A stretch of DNA of 64,000 bases from Ramazzottius varieornatus (lineage: Eukaryota > Animalia > Tardigrada), in contig BDGG01000003.1 of the NCBI GenBank assembly GCA_001949185.1, positions 624,679-688,678 on the forward strand, read 5' to 3'. Position 1 is the first letter of the stretch. Every line of letters starts with the position of its first letter. A model generated the notes under the pieces. That model did not search any database. It was not told the origin of the DNA and saw nothing but the letters and a program-made list of their open reading frames with translations. This document shows, in pieces, positions 51,371 through 63,530 of this stretch. The translations under genes and the position numbers were made by a program.

Positions 51371-52804
51371 TCCTATTCGCAAGATGGCATAGATGGCGGT
51401 GCTCAGTGAAGTTAGATACTCCATATTCTCCGCTCTCTGTGACGATCATGCATAAATTTACCGGTGAGTCTTGCTAGTTTCCGCCCGTGTTTGACGTCAA
51501 ACGCTCTGGAAATAGGCGGTCGTTACTCAGACTTCTTCCTCAAGGAATTCATGTTTGTATCACCTGAAAACACAGTTCATTGATTTCATTCCAGAGCACG
51601 TCCCTCAGAGAATTCGTCAAGGAACTAAGTGTCCCAGGTAGCATCTCATGACTTTCTCTTTTCATCGCTCTATGGTTTCCCGACAAATGGAGTCACCGAC
51701 AAGAACCAGACGGACCTTTGAATTACAAAGATATCGCTCGATCGCGATCCGGTGTTCTTACCCTTCTCGGACGAGAACGTCGGAGTGATCAACTCGATGG
51801 TAAACAGCGGCACTGAACGCTGTGGACTGCGAATGAATAATGGCAGTGGATGGCCCTTCTCACTCTCCCGATGGAAAAAGAGCGTTCCCATCGTTACCTT
51901 CCGTAGTGCTCTTCAGGTTATCAGTGACGAGTGCAGATCCACAGCATGAGCCAAGACCAAACAGAAAGTCCGTAAAACGGCGCGATTCAAGATCGAACGT
52001 TCTTAGAGCAGTAGCAGTCTGGAGATATCCAGTGAGCTTTTCCGGCATGGAGACATACAGACTTGGTGTCGGCACACACTGCTTCAAACTACCTTTACTT
52101 AGGTTCCTAAATTAAAAAACTCGTCCCCACTCTTGTTCCGCAATTCCGAACCTTAGAGGTAGCAAAACTGATAAGATATCTGCCTCGGAAAGAAGGTATA
52201 TCAGGCGCAATGTTAAAAAGCCAATCGACGTACCATGATCAAGCAACCAGCTATTTCTAGTAATGCTCCGTCGATGTCACCATGCCGGCTACGTCGTACG
52301 GATCCGGAACAAGTTGACTGTACACGCCAGGACTAACTCTAGATAGCCAATTTCTCGAACTTTGAAGGGAAATGGCGTAATTCTTTTTACTAGGCAAAGT
52401 TCGGAATCGTCATATCGATAGCGAACAAAGTCGCTCTCGCAAAAGTGACGATTGTCAAGGGTAGTTGGGATGGTGAGCGGGGTGTCAGCCGTGGGTCCAC
52501 GATATCAAGCCGAATATTTCCTGAGGCGAGTCGCAAACAGCTAAGGCCATAACCGATATCTTTCGGATCGCTTGCCTACAGTATAATTTCATATGTTTAA
52601 TATAGCATCAACTCCATCACGGACGAGTGGATACCCGGGTACAGGTTCAAGCTCCCTCACGAGTTCGAGCCACATGGGGAATATGGCTATCCACCCTTCA
52701 CACATTCTGAGATGTGGGCTGAGAACCCGACATTGGTTCTCTCCACTGGGCCCGAAGTACAATCGCAGCCTACACTGAGGCTGAGTCCCATAATTATCTG
52801 GGTA

Positions 52805-52969
52805 CAGTGTACGACAAAATAAACCGTTACAAATGGGTGTATGGAGCCAAATGGTTAAAGCCAATGAAATTTGCGCTTGCAGCAAAACCTGATTCTCATT
52901 GGCTGAGTCGTAAGTCAGCTCAGCTGGAGTGTTACGCCCATTTTTAACGGTTAGTTTTGTCGTACACTG
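52805..52969. mobile_element. Tc1/mariner-type MITE (165 bp)
   Basis: TIRs CAGTGTACGACAAAA.AACCGTTA.AAATGGG / CCCATTTTTAACGGTTAGTTTTGTCGTACACTG. TA on both sides, within a palindromic GGGTACCC target. Confidence 0.88.
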
Positions 52970-54112
52970 TACCCTTTACGGTACTTTCGGCTTAGGTAGG
53001 CATGCTTGTTAGGTTCTCACCTGTAGGTTTTCCTAGATACGTGCGCGCTGTTCGTGCGGGACAATTTGCTGCGTCGGGGACGCTTGGAAAGCTCCTTTGT
53101 TATTGATATTTCCCATCAGAGCTCCCCGTTTTTTCAATTTCTGTGGGTCTTGGTGGACGTGATGGGAGCGAATTGCTGTACCTAGTACAAATTTGAATTC
53201 TCGGAAATGACATCATCGACAGGAGAGTATTTCAGTGACTGACAGAGGTAGGGGGTTGTGGTCGAACAGAACGTTTGTGAATCTAACCAGCAAAAGCGAG
53301 CTAGATTCGGTGACTGCTCAGACAATGGCAGATCAGGACGTGACACACCGGAGAAGGATACGAACTTGTACATATATACACGAGCAGGATCCAAGGATTA
53401 TTCACCATATTACTACATATCCGAACTTTTCAAACTTTTTATGCGGAACCGGACTACTGGAGGGTCTCCCATATTTCTCGTTCAAACCCCGCTCGTCCAC
53501 CGGTTGACTGATTGAGCCGGTGAACCACCTGTCACGTGATCTGAAAGTCTTAAGTCTGCCCTAAGTGAAGCTGTTTGAATCGTTAAAGTCGGACGACGGG
53601 AACGTGAAATACAACAACGCAACCGAGGACTAGAGGGTGACGCTGACCCATGGCCGTGACTGTACGTACTCACTTTTCAATTATCCCCAGAAAATGATAC
53701 AGTGGTCAAGAAAGACATCTCAGTAACTCGTAAGAACACTCTTGCGAAAAGAGCGGCAAACAACAGAAGTAGAACGAAGTTCGTTCTCGACAAAACAAGC
53801 GCTCTTCAGCTTTCACGAACGGTGCCGCGCACGGTTGCAGACGGAACGTGTGAACAAGACGAAATAAAAATGGTCGTTCAGTACGCCGGAGAAATTTGGG
53901 TGTAAGACACAACAGCTATTCATAGTACTTCGTTTCAGCCAAACTTCAGTGCTACTATTTTGCGAGTACGAGTGGTTTGGAAGCTTTTCTTACTATTCCA
54001 CAGTGGTTAGCCATTTATGTGATTTTGCACTACTCGTACTCTAAATCAGTTGATGATTCTTCCTGTTTCTAGCCCTCGTACTTTTATATTAAAGTTACTA
54101 GTTTCCGGCAGA

Positions 54113-55401
54113 ATGGATATATTATTGGTCTTGGGAGTCGGCGCCACGTTAGTGTTCGCCCTTTTGGCACAATCAGGTAAGCAGCTCAGATAAGTGTCCC
54201 GGACGTCAACCTTCTCCTCCGTCTCATGATGACTTTTTTCTTGGAAGCATGGTAATCTTCGGTAAATTTTGGCGTGCGCAAGCAGATGAGGATGTGTTTT
54301 TGTGATCCGTAGGGAGAACAAATGGCAGCTTCGTGTTCGGTAAGATCGACCCGGCAGTGCGGCGCGCTATGATTGACTTAGTGGTCGGATCGTAAGTACT
54401 GCACCGTTAAGCCTTCCGTCGGATGTATCTGTTAAAGCGAAAGAAACGGTTTTGTCAGGTCTCACGTGGATCCGGATACATCAAGACAATTGATCAAAGG
54501 ATTGCCTCCAGGACTAGTATCCCCGCTAAAGGTGGTGGCTCTAACTTTCTCGGATTTGTCCGTGAAACCAGCGGATACGGCGCCGAAGTCGCAGTTCGAC
54601 TTCGACAAACCCTCTGACCCAGACGCGTCCGAGTTGGCTGGATCGGATCCAGAGACTTCAGGCCACAGGTCTCAACTGAGGCGGGTGGTAAAAACTGGCC
54701 TGAATCTGATGGTTGTTCCCGTTGAATCGTCAGACACGTCGTCGCAGTCTAACGCTGTGGTCTCCAGCGCACCTAGCGCTGGTTCCGGAATCGGATCGCA
54801 AACATATTACAATAGCGGCTCTTCTCCGCCCGTGACGGGTTCCTCGGTGAGGCCGCCGACTATGACGACGTCCATCCGCATCACGTCTACCATGGCCAAC
54901 TATCCAAATTACGCTTCGACTGGACAACGAGTTTCTTGTACTCCAGATTTCGCACATTCTTCAGTGAATGGTCAGTGCGTGATTGTGGACCAAATGAACC
55001 AGCTATGCGGGCCGAACTTTGAGGCAGCACAATCAACGAAGGACTGTGGCGCTTTTGCTGGCAATTGGTGCTGTTACGGTACGGTCTTCCTCTTCAACCT
55101 TCTAGCCTTTCCGTTTTGAATAATCCGTATTGTCTCGATGTGTGCCAAACATGTTTTACATATTGGTGATCTAGAGTTTGGTCGTAGTGCCCATTCGTAC
55201 GTCGGAGACCTCAACGATGAGACCAGGCACGACGATGACGTTCTCTGTTGGGCCGACTGCATCCTCTCCGATCCCCAGCTATCCAATAGGGGCATACTAT
55301 CGATAGTACTGATAAAATCTTCTGTAACTTGCTCTAATTCCCGATGATGGCTTGACCTCTGATTTCTTACAGAAAGCAAAGTTCTTTCACGGTATGCGTA
55401 G
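54113..55401 (+). CDS. Secreted protein with an S/T/P-rich linker and a C-terminal 6-Cys (GxC...CC) domain; exons 54113-54176, 54313-54391, 54459-~55078, probable last exon 55373-55401 (or read-through to stop at 55119)
   Basis: Signal MDILLVLGVGATLVFALLAQSG. Splice sites are phase-compatible. Domain CTPDFAHSSVNGQCVIVDQMNQLCGPNFEAAQSTKDCGAFAGNWCCY. Confidence 0.72.
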
Positions 55402-55939
55402 CTTGAGGTCGACCGCAAGATTTGCCACTGCACGTAAATAACACTGGTTAAAATTTTACGGCAAAATATTTGTTATTGTTCGAAACAGTGTCTGGTATAG
55501 TATTTCTGCGAAGTGGGATGAAAGGGAAATTTTTCACGAGATAAGCGACGAGAGTCAGTTCCACAGTGAGCCAGCTGGGGCTGCATGGAGTTTCCGCAGT
55601 GACGTATAAGTCCGCGAGGACGTAGTCTGAATGCAGCTAAAACTTCTACCACGTGGCCGCAGAAGCAATAAACCTTGATCTCGTGGTATGCCGGTGACGT
55701 CATTTGATTCGTATCCACATGGCTGCCTTTAATCACAAAACGTGCTTAACAAGCTGGGCATATCGCGTTACTTTAACTTAATCCGTTTCCGTCTGTTTAC
55801 CTTTGTAACCTGTCGCAAACTCTAATCGTCAAGCCTGCTCCACCAGAGACCACTGCACTGTGGAAACCATGCGTGACACATTGTAGTGTACTCTGGACGA
55901 AAGCCATGATCCTTGGGAAAACGGGGAATATTTTAGGGA

Positions 55940-58900
55940 ATGAGCGGCCACATCGGTGAGAATATTACTGTTCCAGCTGCTGATCGACAAATGTACGAGA
56001 ATTACTTCGCTCAACTACGGTCGAAAGATGGCTTTGTGGACAGCTCCACAGCTAGAGAGTTCTTCTCCAAGTCCGAGCTGCCCAAGAACGTCCTGGCGGA
56101 TATGTGGTCCAAGGCTGATCGCTCCAGGGATGGCCGATTGGACGTGGAGGAATTCTGTATCGCCATGCACATTCTCAGGACTGCTCTGCATGGACAAAAG
56201 AACGGACGAAGTGCCTCGTCGCCTAACATTCATGGGATATCAGCCTTGACTCCTTCTCAGAATGGATCGGGAATTTCGCGTATCAAGGCTGAAGATGAGA
56301 GAAGTAGATCGGGCTCGGAAACGACCTGGGACTTCTCTAAATTCGCCACAACGCTACCAAAAACTTTCAGTGACTTCGAGGTAATTTCTCCCGGCAATCT
56401 ATGCACTGTAGAATATCCTTAAATTTTTTGATAATCTTCGAAGAACCTGGAGTCTTCCGAGAAAAATCCAAAAGAAATTCTTTGAGGAACTCAGTGTTTA
56501 TTTGAATTTGCCATCAATTTTCAGTTTTTCAATTTTCACTGTGTCAAGGCCAAGGTGCGTCATGCACATACGCACACTTCCGGCTGTCTCCCAACTCTCA
56601 GTGAACCATGAAATCACGGTATCCTGGTGCGTGATACGTATGGTGCGCCTCACACTGGAACGCGCACCAGAGTATCCATCACCTGCTTACTTGTCACGTG
56701 CTCTCGTGCTTTTCCTCGCTTTACACGTGACCAAATGTGCAGCTAGTTGATCGGGGAATGGCTTGATTGGCGACAGTCTGACTTTCTTCAATATCTTTTT
56801 CAGACCATGACAGTATTTCCGGATCTACAAAGATTCTCCCCATCTTCCTCCTCTACTTCAGGCACCGTAAGCACGCTTAGACGAAGAAAGAACGTTCAGC
56901 GCTCAAAACTGTCGGATTTCGTGGCCAGAAAGCGACTTGACGTGGTCCAGCAGAAGAACGAACTGGAAGCCCTGACGAAAGAACTCCGCGATGTCTCTAG
57001 CACAGCCAGAGACGACAAGGCCAGACTGGAAACACTCAAGAGCTCGATATCCGAAAAGAAGGCGCTTGAAAGACGGCTGGTCGGTGTGGTGGAAGAGACG
57101 TTAAGACAAGAAGGAGTCCTGAAGTCTTCCAACGGGTTGCTTGAGAAGAAAGTCAAGTCCGTGAAAACATTGATCGAGAAAGAGAAAAGTCATCAACGTT
57201 CATTGAGCCAAATTAACAGTGTTCCAGCCTTTTCATCTGCGGAAAAGGCAGAACTAGAATTGGCGATCGAAGAAGCGGGAAGAAGAAAGACCGGAAGCGT
57301 AGCAGAGCTCAAGAAAGTCGAGGAAGCAGTTGGAGTTGCAACAAGAAGGAACAGATCACAGACGCTGAGTTTCCATGAAATCGAAGTGAATCTGAAGATA
57401 TACTTGGAGCAGAATCGAAAACTTGTAGAAGAGTTCAAATCTAAACAACGTCTCGTCCAAGATTTACAAAGGTTCTCCTGGGCTTCAGTCGAGACTGAAG
57501 CCTCTTCTGAACATTCGAGTAAGAAAGATGGCGGAACTGACGACGTTGACAGTTTCCGGGAAGACGCAAAAGAAATCGAGTATGGTATTGCTTTGTATTC
57601 CTACGAAGCTCGTAACAACGACGAGCTGTCCTTCAACGCGGACGACTATATCGAACTTCTTCCTTCAAACGAAGCCACGACGGACTGGTTGTTGGGTAGA
57701 GTGTTTGGGGGAGACGGTGCCGTGGGGTACGTGCCTGCCAACTACCTGCAGTTTGAGAAGAATGACGAGTACTTTGATGAAGATTTTACGGACCGAGCTG
57801 AAGTCTCGAGAGACGAGAAAGACGAAAGTAGTGTCTTGAGGAAGAAGGCTGTGAGAGAGCTGGTGGACACGGAGGAAAGGTACCTGGCCGATATGAAGAC
57901 AGTCATGGAAGTTTTCTACGAGGAAGTGAAAAAGAGTGGCAGTTGCAGTGAAAGCGAGTTAGAAGTAAGTCGAAACTGTGCGGACACTCTGTAGGAAAAC
58001 TAAACTGTTGAAAAACGACTGAACACTTGGGAATTAGGTAAACAAACTCGACAAAATCGTCTTTCGGAGTGACGCATATTGGGCAGTTTTACAAGCTGGA
58101 ACCGTGCGCCACTTGAAGAAAACTGTCTTGTCGAATTTTTGTAAGTGGCGCACATTTCCAATGTGGCTGGCTGGCTGTATGCGGCGCTTCGAAAATTGAT
58201 CTCGTCGAGTTTGATTACCTAGGTTGCATCAAAATATTTTGTTTTACTTTGCAGGAAATTTTCGCGGTGTGGAATCCTCTCATCGTCTCCTCAGAGAAGT
58301 TGTGTGCGGTGTTTCGACGGTACGGCTCCGAAGTCTTCGACCAAACCGGTAGTATCCTGCAAGACAATCTTCCCGACGCTGCGCCGTACATCGCCTTCTG
58401 CTGCAATCAGGTAAAGATTTGCGAGTTGATCCGTGAGAAGACCAGTAACAGCCCGCAGTTTGCCGAGGTGATTCGACAATGTTCGCAGAACAGTCGGTTA
58501 CAAGGTCTACCTTTGACCGCAGCTTACGTCAAACCCATGCAGCGCATCACACGTTACCCCTTGCTGATCAAGCGCATAATCGAGTCGACTACACCTTCCT
58601 TTCACGATTACAGTTATTTACAAACAGCGCTGAACCTTGCCGAGAACTTGTGTCAGAGTGTCAACGAAAAAGTCCGTGATTGCGAGAATCGCGAACGCGT
58701 TGAATGGTTAGGGACACACGTGGCACTTGACAGCTACAGTGATAAGATAAAACTGACGCCGACGATGGCGTCACTGAACACTGATAAGCATAAACAGGCG
58801 GATGTGACGTCACAAACCAATCATATGGGCAACCGTGTGTTACTGTACCAAGGCTCACTGTTCAAAGTCAAGGGTGGCCGAGAGCTCATCGCGTTCCTCT

Positions 58901-59643
58901 TCAATGACTTCCTCCTGTTAACCACACCACCGAAACCACTGACGAGCACACTGGGGAACTTTTCTTTCGATCGAAGACGCTGGACACAAATTTTGCCGTT
59001 CAAGATTTACAAAAAGCCGTTGCTGTTGAACAACTGTGCCGTTTCTCAACTTCCTGATCCCTCATCCTTTCTCCTTACTTTCCCTGCTCCCTTGTCCATT
59101 TCTCTCCCCCTCAAAGCTACAACTGTCCAAGAGTGTAAAGCTTGGATGAGGAAGGTTGAAGAAGCCGTGAAAGAGTACCAACGACTCTTACCGAACAACC
59201 ACAGAAAACTAACTCGGCTTTACCAATCAAGCAATCCACCCACTGGTGTCTGTCGAGTGGTCATCCAGGAAGCGACCGACTTGTCATTGAAGGGCGAAAA
59301 GGGCAAGTTTGATGTCTTCTGTAAAGCTAGTCTTCGAGAAGACGAGGGACAAACCACGAAGGTGGTGGAGAACACAGACAAGCCCCGGTGGGAACATCAC
59401 ATGAACTTCTACATTCATGACTTGGAACGAGATATCTTGTCGGTGACGGCCATGCAGTACAACGCCTTTGCGCCGAATGGGTTCTTGGGCAGAGCGGAAG
59501 TGAAGCTGAGTGAAGTTGTGAAGGAGTGCCGGGGCATGAATGTACCGCTGGTCAAGAGACTGTTGCTACAAGGCGTCGAGTCTGGTGAGGTCCTGGTCAA
59601 GATCGCCATTCACATGTTGCAACCAGCTGTCCTTCAACCGTAG
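55940..59643 (+). CDS. ITSN: Intersectin-like RhoGEF: EH - coiled coil - SH3 - DH - PH - C2; exons 55940-56380, 56804-57964, 58255-59643
   Basis: EH: SELPKNVLADMWSKADRSRDGRLDVEEFCIAMH. SH3: ALYSYEARNNDELSF...GYVPANY. DH: AVRELVDTEERY, KPMQRITRYPLLIKRI. PH: FLFNDFLL. C2: FLGRAEV, GEVLVK. Confidence 0.88.
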
Positions 59644-61248
59644 TATTTTCTTCCTTGTGCAGTTTCATTTTGGCCCCATTTCCATTTGACTACGTTTGTC
59701 TGTGATTTTTGAACTTCCCTGATATTTATTTGGTAGCTTTTTTGGCGGATAGATCGTCTATGGTTAGCGACTTTCAGTGGATCGGTGATTTTTAGAATAA
59801 TACAGAAAAAATCAGTAACCATTTGATAGAAGAAATATCTTGGTCCATACTGTACAATGTGAACCGGAACTTTACTCTGTACAGCGAGCATAGTCTTTGA
59901 TGGTTTTTCAGCCAATGCCAGAAGATATCTCACTTGTTGGCGTTCGTTTTCCCAGCGCTAGTGTTGCCAAACACCGTTGCCGGAGTTTCCGTCCGCGCTT
60001 TCATCCTCGCTTGGAAAAACCGACATTGGACGACGCAAAACTGCTTGCTTTGAAAGCCGGTCGAAAGCAAAACTTTTCAGACTTCGAAAGTGGATAGTAA
60101 ATACATTGTACTCCCCAAGGGCTTTGGCTCTTATTTCGTTGAGTAATGATGGAGAGAAAAACTGGGAAGCTCCTCCCTCACCAAAGTGGCGCGTCGACAA
60201 CCGCAACTTTCCACCCTGTTTTGCACAAAAGTTCTTCAGAATTCTCAAAGCATCCTTCAAGGTTTCTTTTTTCTTCCAGTTCACGGACCATCTTCAGTAC
60301 CATAAAACCTTTCCATCATTCTCGAACTCAAGAAGTCTGTTTCGCGCCAAATGTTTTCCAAAAGTCGGTCGCTTTTGGCCGACTTGTGTCCATAACTAAA
60401 GGTCAGTCCTTCCGACGTTTTTCTTGTTTTCTGTTCTCATTGCATTGATCAGATCTTGAGTTTGAAAAAATAAGCAGGAGTCTGTTAGGCAGATAGAACA
60501 GCAGACAGGTTCTGGATGTCTGTACACGAGCTCTGAAAATACGTGTGAAAGTGTTCCTCCGAAAACCGCAAAGTCATACTAACAGACCTCATAATCTGGT
60601 GACCTATCCAGCAACCTCTGACAAGATGGTCAGTCATTGCTTCCAGATCTTTTTTCAGAGAACCCTATCAGTACTCCGATGTTGAAAGATCTAGAGACAT
60701 TTTCATCGAGGAATCAAGTTTCAAATATCGCTGGTTACAAAGTTCAAGTATCAGAAGGACGATAATGCGATCCTGCTTGACAGATTCAGTAGTTTTGTTC
60801 TGATGCATGGTGGAAACTGCTCGTATTAAGGTGTCGGAGTGCAATCTAACAGTCTCCGATGTTGCGAAGCTTCCTGTACAACATCCATTCGGTCCAGCGA
60901 CAGACCCGTCGGTGCTTGGAAGCTTCGAGCCAAGATGGGAGTGGAAAAACCAGACATACTTATGTGCGTAACAAGACAAATCTCAGACCAACTAGTCTCC
61001 AGAAAGTAGGTAGCGCAGTAAAATGCAAAGAATCGGCCGAGGTAGATTTTTAGAGACTCTCAGAGGCCGGGACGAAGCAGCGTCGTAACCAGGGTGACGT
61101 ACCGAGCCTTTTCAACAGTTAACGTAGTCACCTGTCGTTCGACACAAAATTTGACAACGCTTACATTTGCTACTGGCTTTCTCCTGCAATTTGGGACTGA
61201 CTTTCTACCCACGTCTGGGACGTTATCGGCAGTAGTGGCGAATTCGCA

Positions 61249-62463
61249 ATGGCGGCTGTTCAAAATGACAGAAGTGCTGGGAAACTGACCCCCGTCACTT
61301 CTGCAACGTTCCGGCCTACTCATGCAACGGAGTCGCTGCTGAATTTTGGTCAAGCGGACCGCGATCTCGCCGATGAATTCCAGGAAGCCCAAGAAACTGT
61401 GTACACCATGCCCGATGGAACCGAAGTTCGACCCAACAATCGTGATCCATTCTACTCTTGCCTAACTACTCATAACAGCCACTACCTCGCCGCACCCAAC
61501 GGTTGTCTAGCTATCCACCTCGTCTACGCCAAGCATCTCGATACTCGTACCATCCAGCGTCTCTTCCCCAACAGCGACCACCTCGACTACTACGTCCGCG
61601 TCGATTTCCTCGACAAACAACTGTATTCCGAGCTCATCGTCGATGTACCAGTCGGTACAGGTCGCATCATCTTCGACCATCTCGTCACCTTCACCATCGA
61701 AGACATTGCCATTAACGACGGTTCTGAAGCCCAGATCGTCTCCTTACACCTCATTGCGATCGACGAAAGTGACCCTCAACGACACATTATCGTTGCGTCG
61801 GTTGAGCGGCCCTTACTCGATTTCATTCGCTGGATGATCTCCAGTGAAATGCTGGTCTTGTCCCGACCGGCTAGAATAAACGAAACGGATGGTGGGTTAG
61901 AGGGTGAACGGTTCATGGGGAGGCTGCTGATCAAGTCAGCTTTCGCCTATGGACGATTCGGCTTCGGTTATTCTAACCAAATATTTGATGAACGAATGGA
62001 ACCGAAAGACGCGATGGCGCACTCTCTGTTTCCACGCTACGCCCCATTGCCCAGCCGTATACAAGAAACGGGAAATGTTCTGAGATTCAAGCCGATCATA
62101 CCGTTGATCCACACGTTTCCCTTTCCGGAGATGAGTGATACACCGATCGGCGATGTGAGTCTGAAGCAACCGGTGGAGTACCAGGACGAGGAAGAACAGA
62201 CGGTCACAGAGGCCATACCATGGGACAACCCTTACTTGTACTACATTCCGATCATGTCGAAGGAACTGCTGAATGACTGGACGGTGAAGCTGAGAGGCTT
62301 GAAGGGAAAGACGAGAAGACGGATAGCGTACTTACAGCAGATGTCAGCACCGGAACCTGGTAGAGGGTACAAGACATTACCCCAAGCTCAAGGGGTGCGC
62401 GCGGAGAAATCGGCCGTGCTACCGGAAAAGAGTGATTCACCAAAAAACCTCAAAGTCGAATGA
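61249..62463 (+). CDS. C2CD6: Single-exon C2-domain protein resembling C2CD6/ALS2CR11 (CatSper-tau)
   Basis: 404-aa ORF. C2-like strands GCLAIHLVYAKHL...YYVRV...IFDH, followed by FMG...FAYGRFGFGYSNQI...SLFPRYAP and a C-terminal RIAYL segment, which I recall from the ALS2CR11 family. Confidence 0.7.
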   Translation: MAAVQNDRSAGKLTPVTSATFRPTHATESLLNFGQADRDLADEFQEAQETVYTMPDGTEVRPNNRDPFYSCLTTHNSHYLAAPNGCLAIHLVYAKHLDTRTIQRLFPNSDHLDYYVRVDFLDKQLYSELIVDVPVGTGRIIFDHLVTFTIEDIAINDGSEAQIVSLHLIAIDESDPQRHIIVASVERPLLDFIRWMISSEMLVLSRPARINETDGGLEGERFMGRLLIKSAFAYGRFGFGYSNQIFDERMEPKDAMAHSLFPRYAPLPSRIQETGNVLRFKPIIPLIHTFPFPEMSDTPIGDVSLKQPVEYQDEEEQTVTEAIPWDNPYLYYIPIMSKELLNDWTVKLRGLKGKTRRRIAYLQQMSAPEPGRGYKTLPQAQGVRAEKSAVLPEKSDSPKNLKVE

Positions 62464-62599
62464 TGGGCGCACTGTGCATGGTCGAGGTGTTCGGCGTTGC
62501 GTTTCGCATCGCACCTTTGTTTCCTCGACGCCGTTCTAGGTACTGCGAGGTTCTACAGTCGCCTATCTCGTTAGGCTGTAGTGACAATTTCCCCTTATA

Positions 62600-63530
62600 G
62601 CTTTCGTTTACTCTGTGAAGTCGACTGAACTGTGCGACTGCTTCGCAAAGATCTTTGCAACTGCAGCCGCTCAATGACCTTCGCGTGCTTCAATATTCTA
62701 CTGTCTTTTCCGACACAGATCTCGGCTATGGGCGGCCGGAGATGCAAATATTCGTGTATTACGATTTTGAAACTGGGTGACCTACGGAACTCGCATGCAT
62801 GTAACATTGCAAAACTTGCAGTGACATTGTTTTGTGGTAATTTTGTTAATTTGAAGATGTGGTTCCAATTTCGGTAAACATAATGCAAAGTTTCCACAAT
62901 TACGGCAAACGTGGCGACATGACTGCAACGAATCCCAGGTATAATACGACATTGCGAACAAAGAACTAAGGTTGTGAAACAAGGGACAAGATTTGTTAAG
63001 TGATTTCGGAGTTTTGAGGTTACTTTGTGTAGTAAGCGAAGTTGAAGCAAGTTTTGCAGACACACTGCAAAACTTTCGGAATTTTCGTGGCTTTGTTGGA
63101 ATTATTATGAATTATGGATCAGTCAAACAGAAATCTGGTGGGCGTAGTCAAGGTTAAGCAGTACATGATTGGATCGTTCAACCACGCCCACATCGTTTCT
63201 ATTTCACCGTGACATGCGGATGCCTGAAAACTCACCTTGCCGAAACCAAGTTACTACAAGTTTTACAGAGTTACCGAGATATTTACAAACTTACTGCAAT
63301 CCCAACAAACATATGACAAAATTTTCCAGCTTCAATCAGGACTTGCCACAATCTTTGCGCTTTATCCCTTGTTACCACAAACTTTTCCAAGTTACATCAA
63401 AGTTTTCCAACAAACTGCGGCATTCGCAAACTTGTTGCAAAATTGATAAAACAAATTTACTGCAAGTCTTGCAAAGTTACGTCAAAACCCGCAGCGTTAC
63501 CAATGTTGTTTCAAAATCGTAATACACGAC
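62600..63530. repeat. Degenerate AT-rich inverted-repeat region (probable old non-autonomous DNA transposon)
   Basis: Recurrent TTGCA/AAACT/AAGTT motifs with mirrored halves, e.g. GTTGTGAAACAAGGGACAAG (~62971) versus CTTTATCCCTTGTTACCACAAAC (~63360). Confidence 0.4.

Noticed and set aside
62595-63522. Several 80-156 aa ORFs
   Set aside because: They lie in degenerate inverted-repeat DNA and show no protein-like features.
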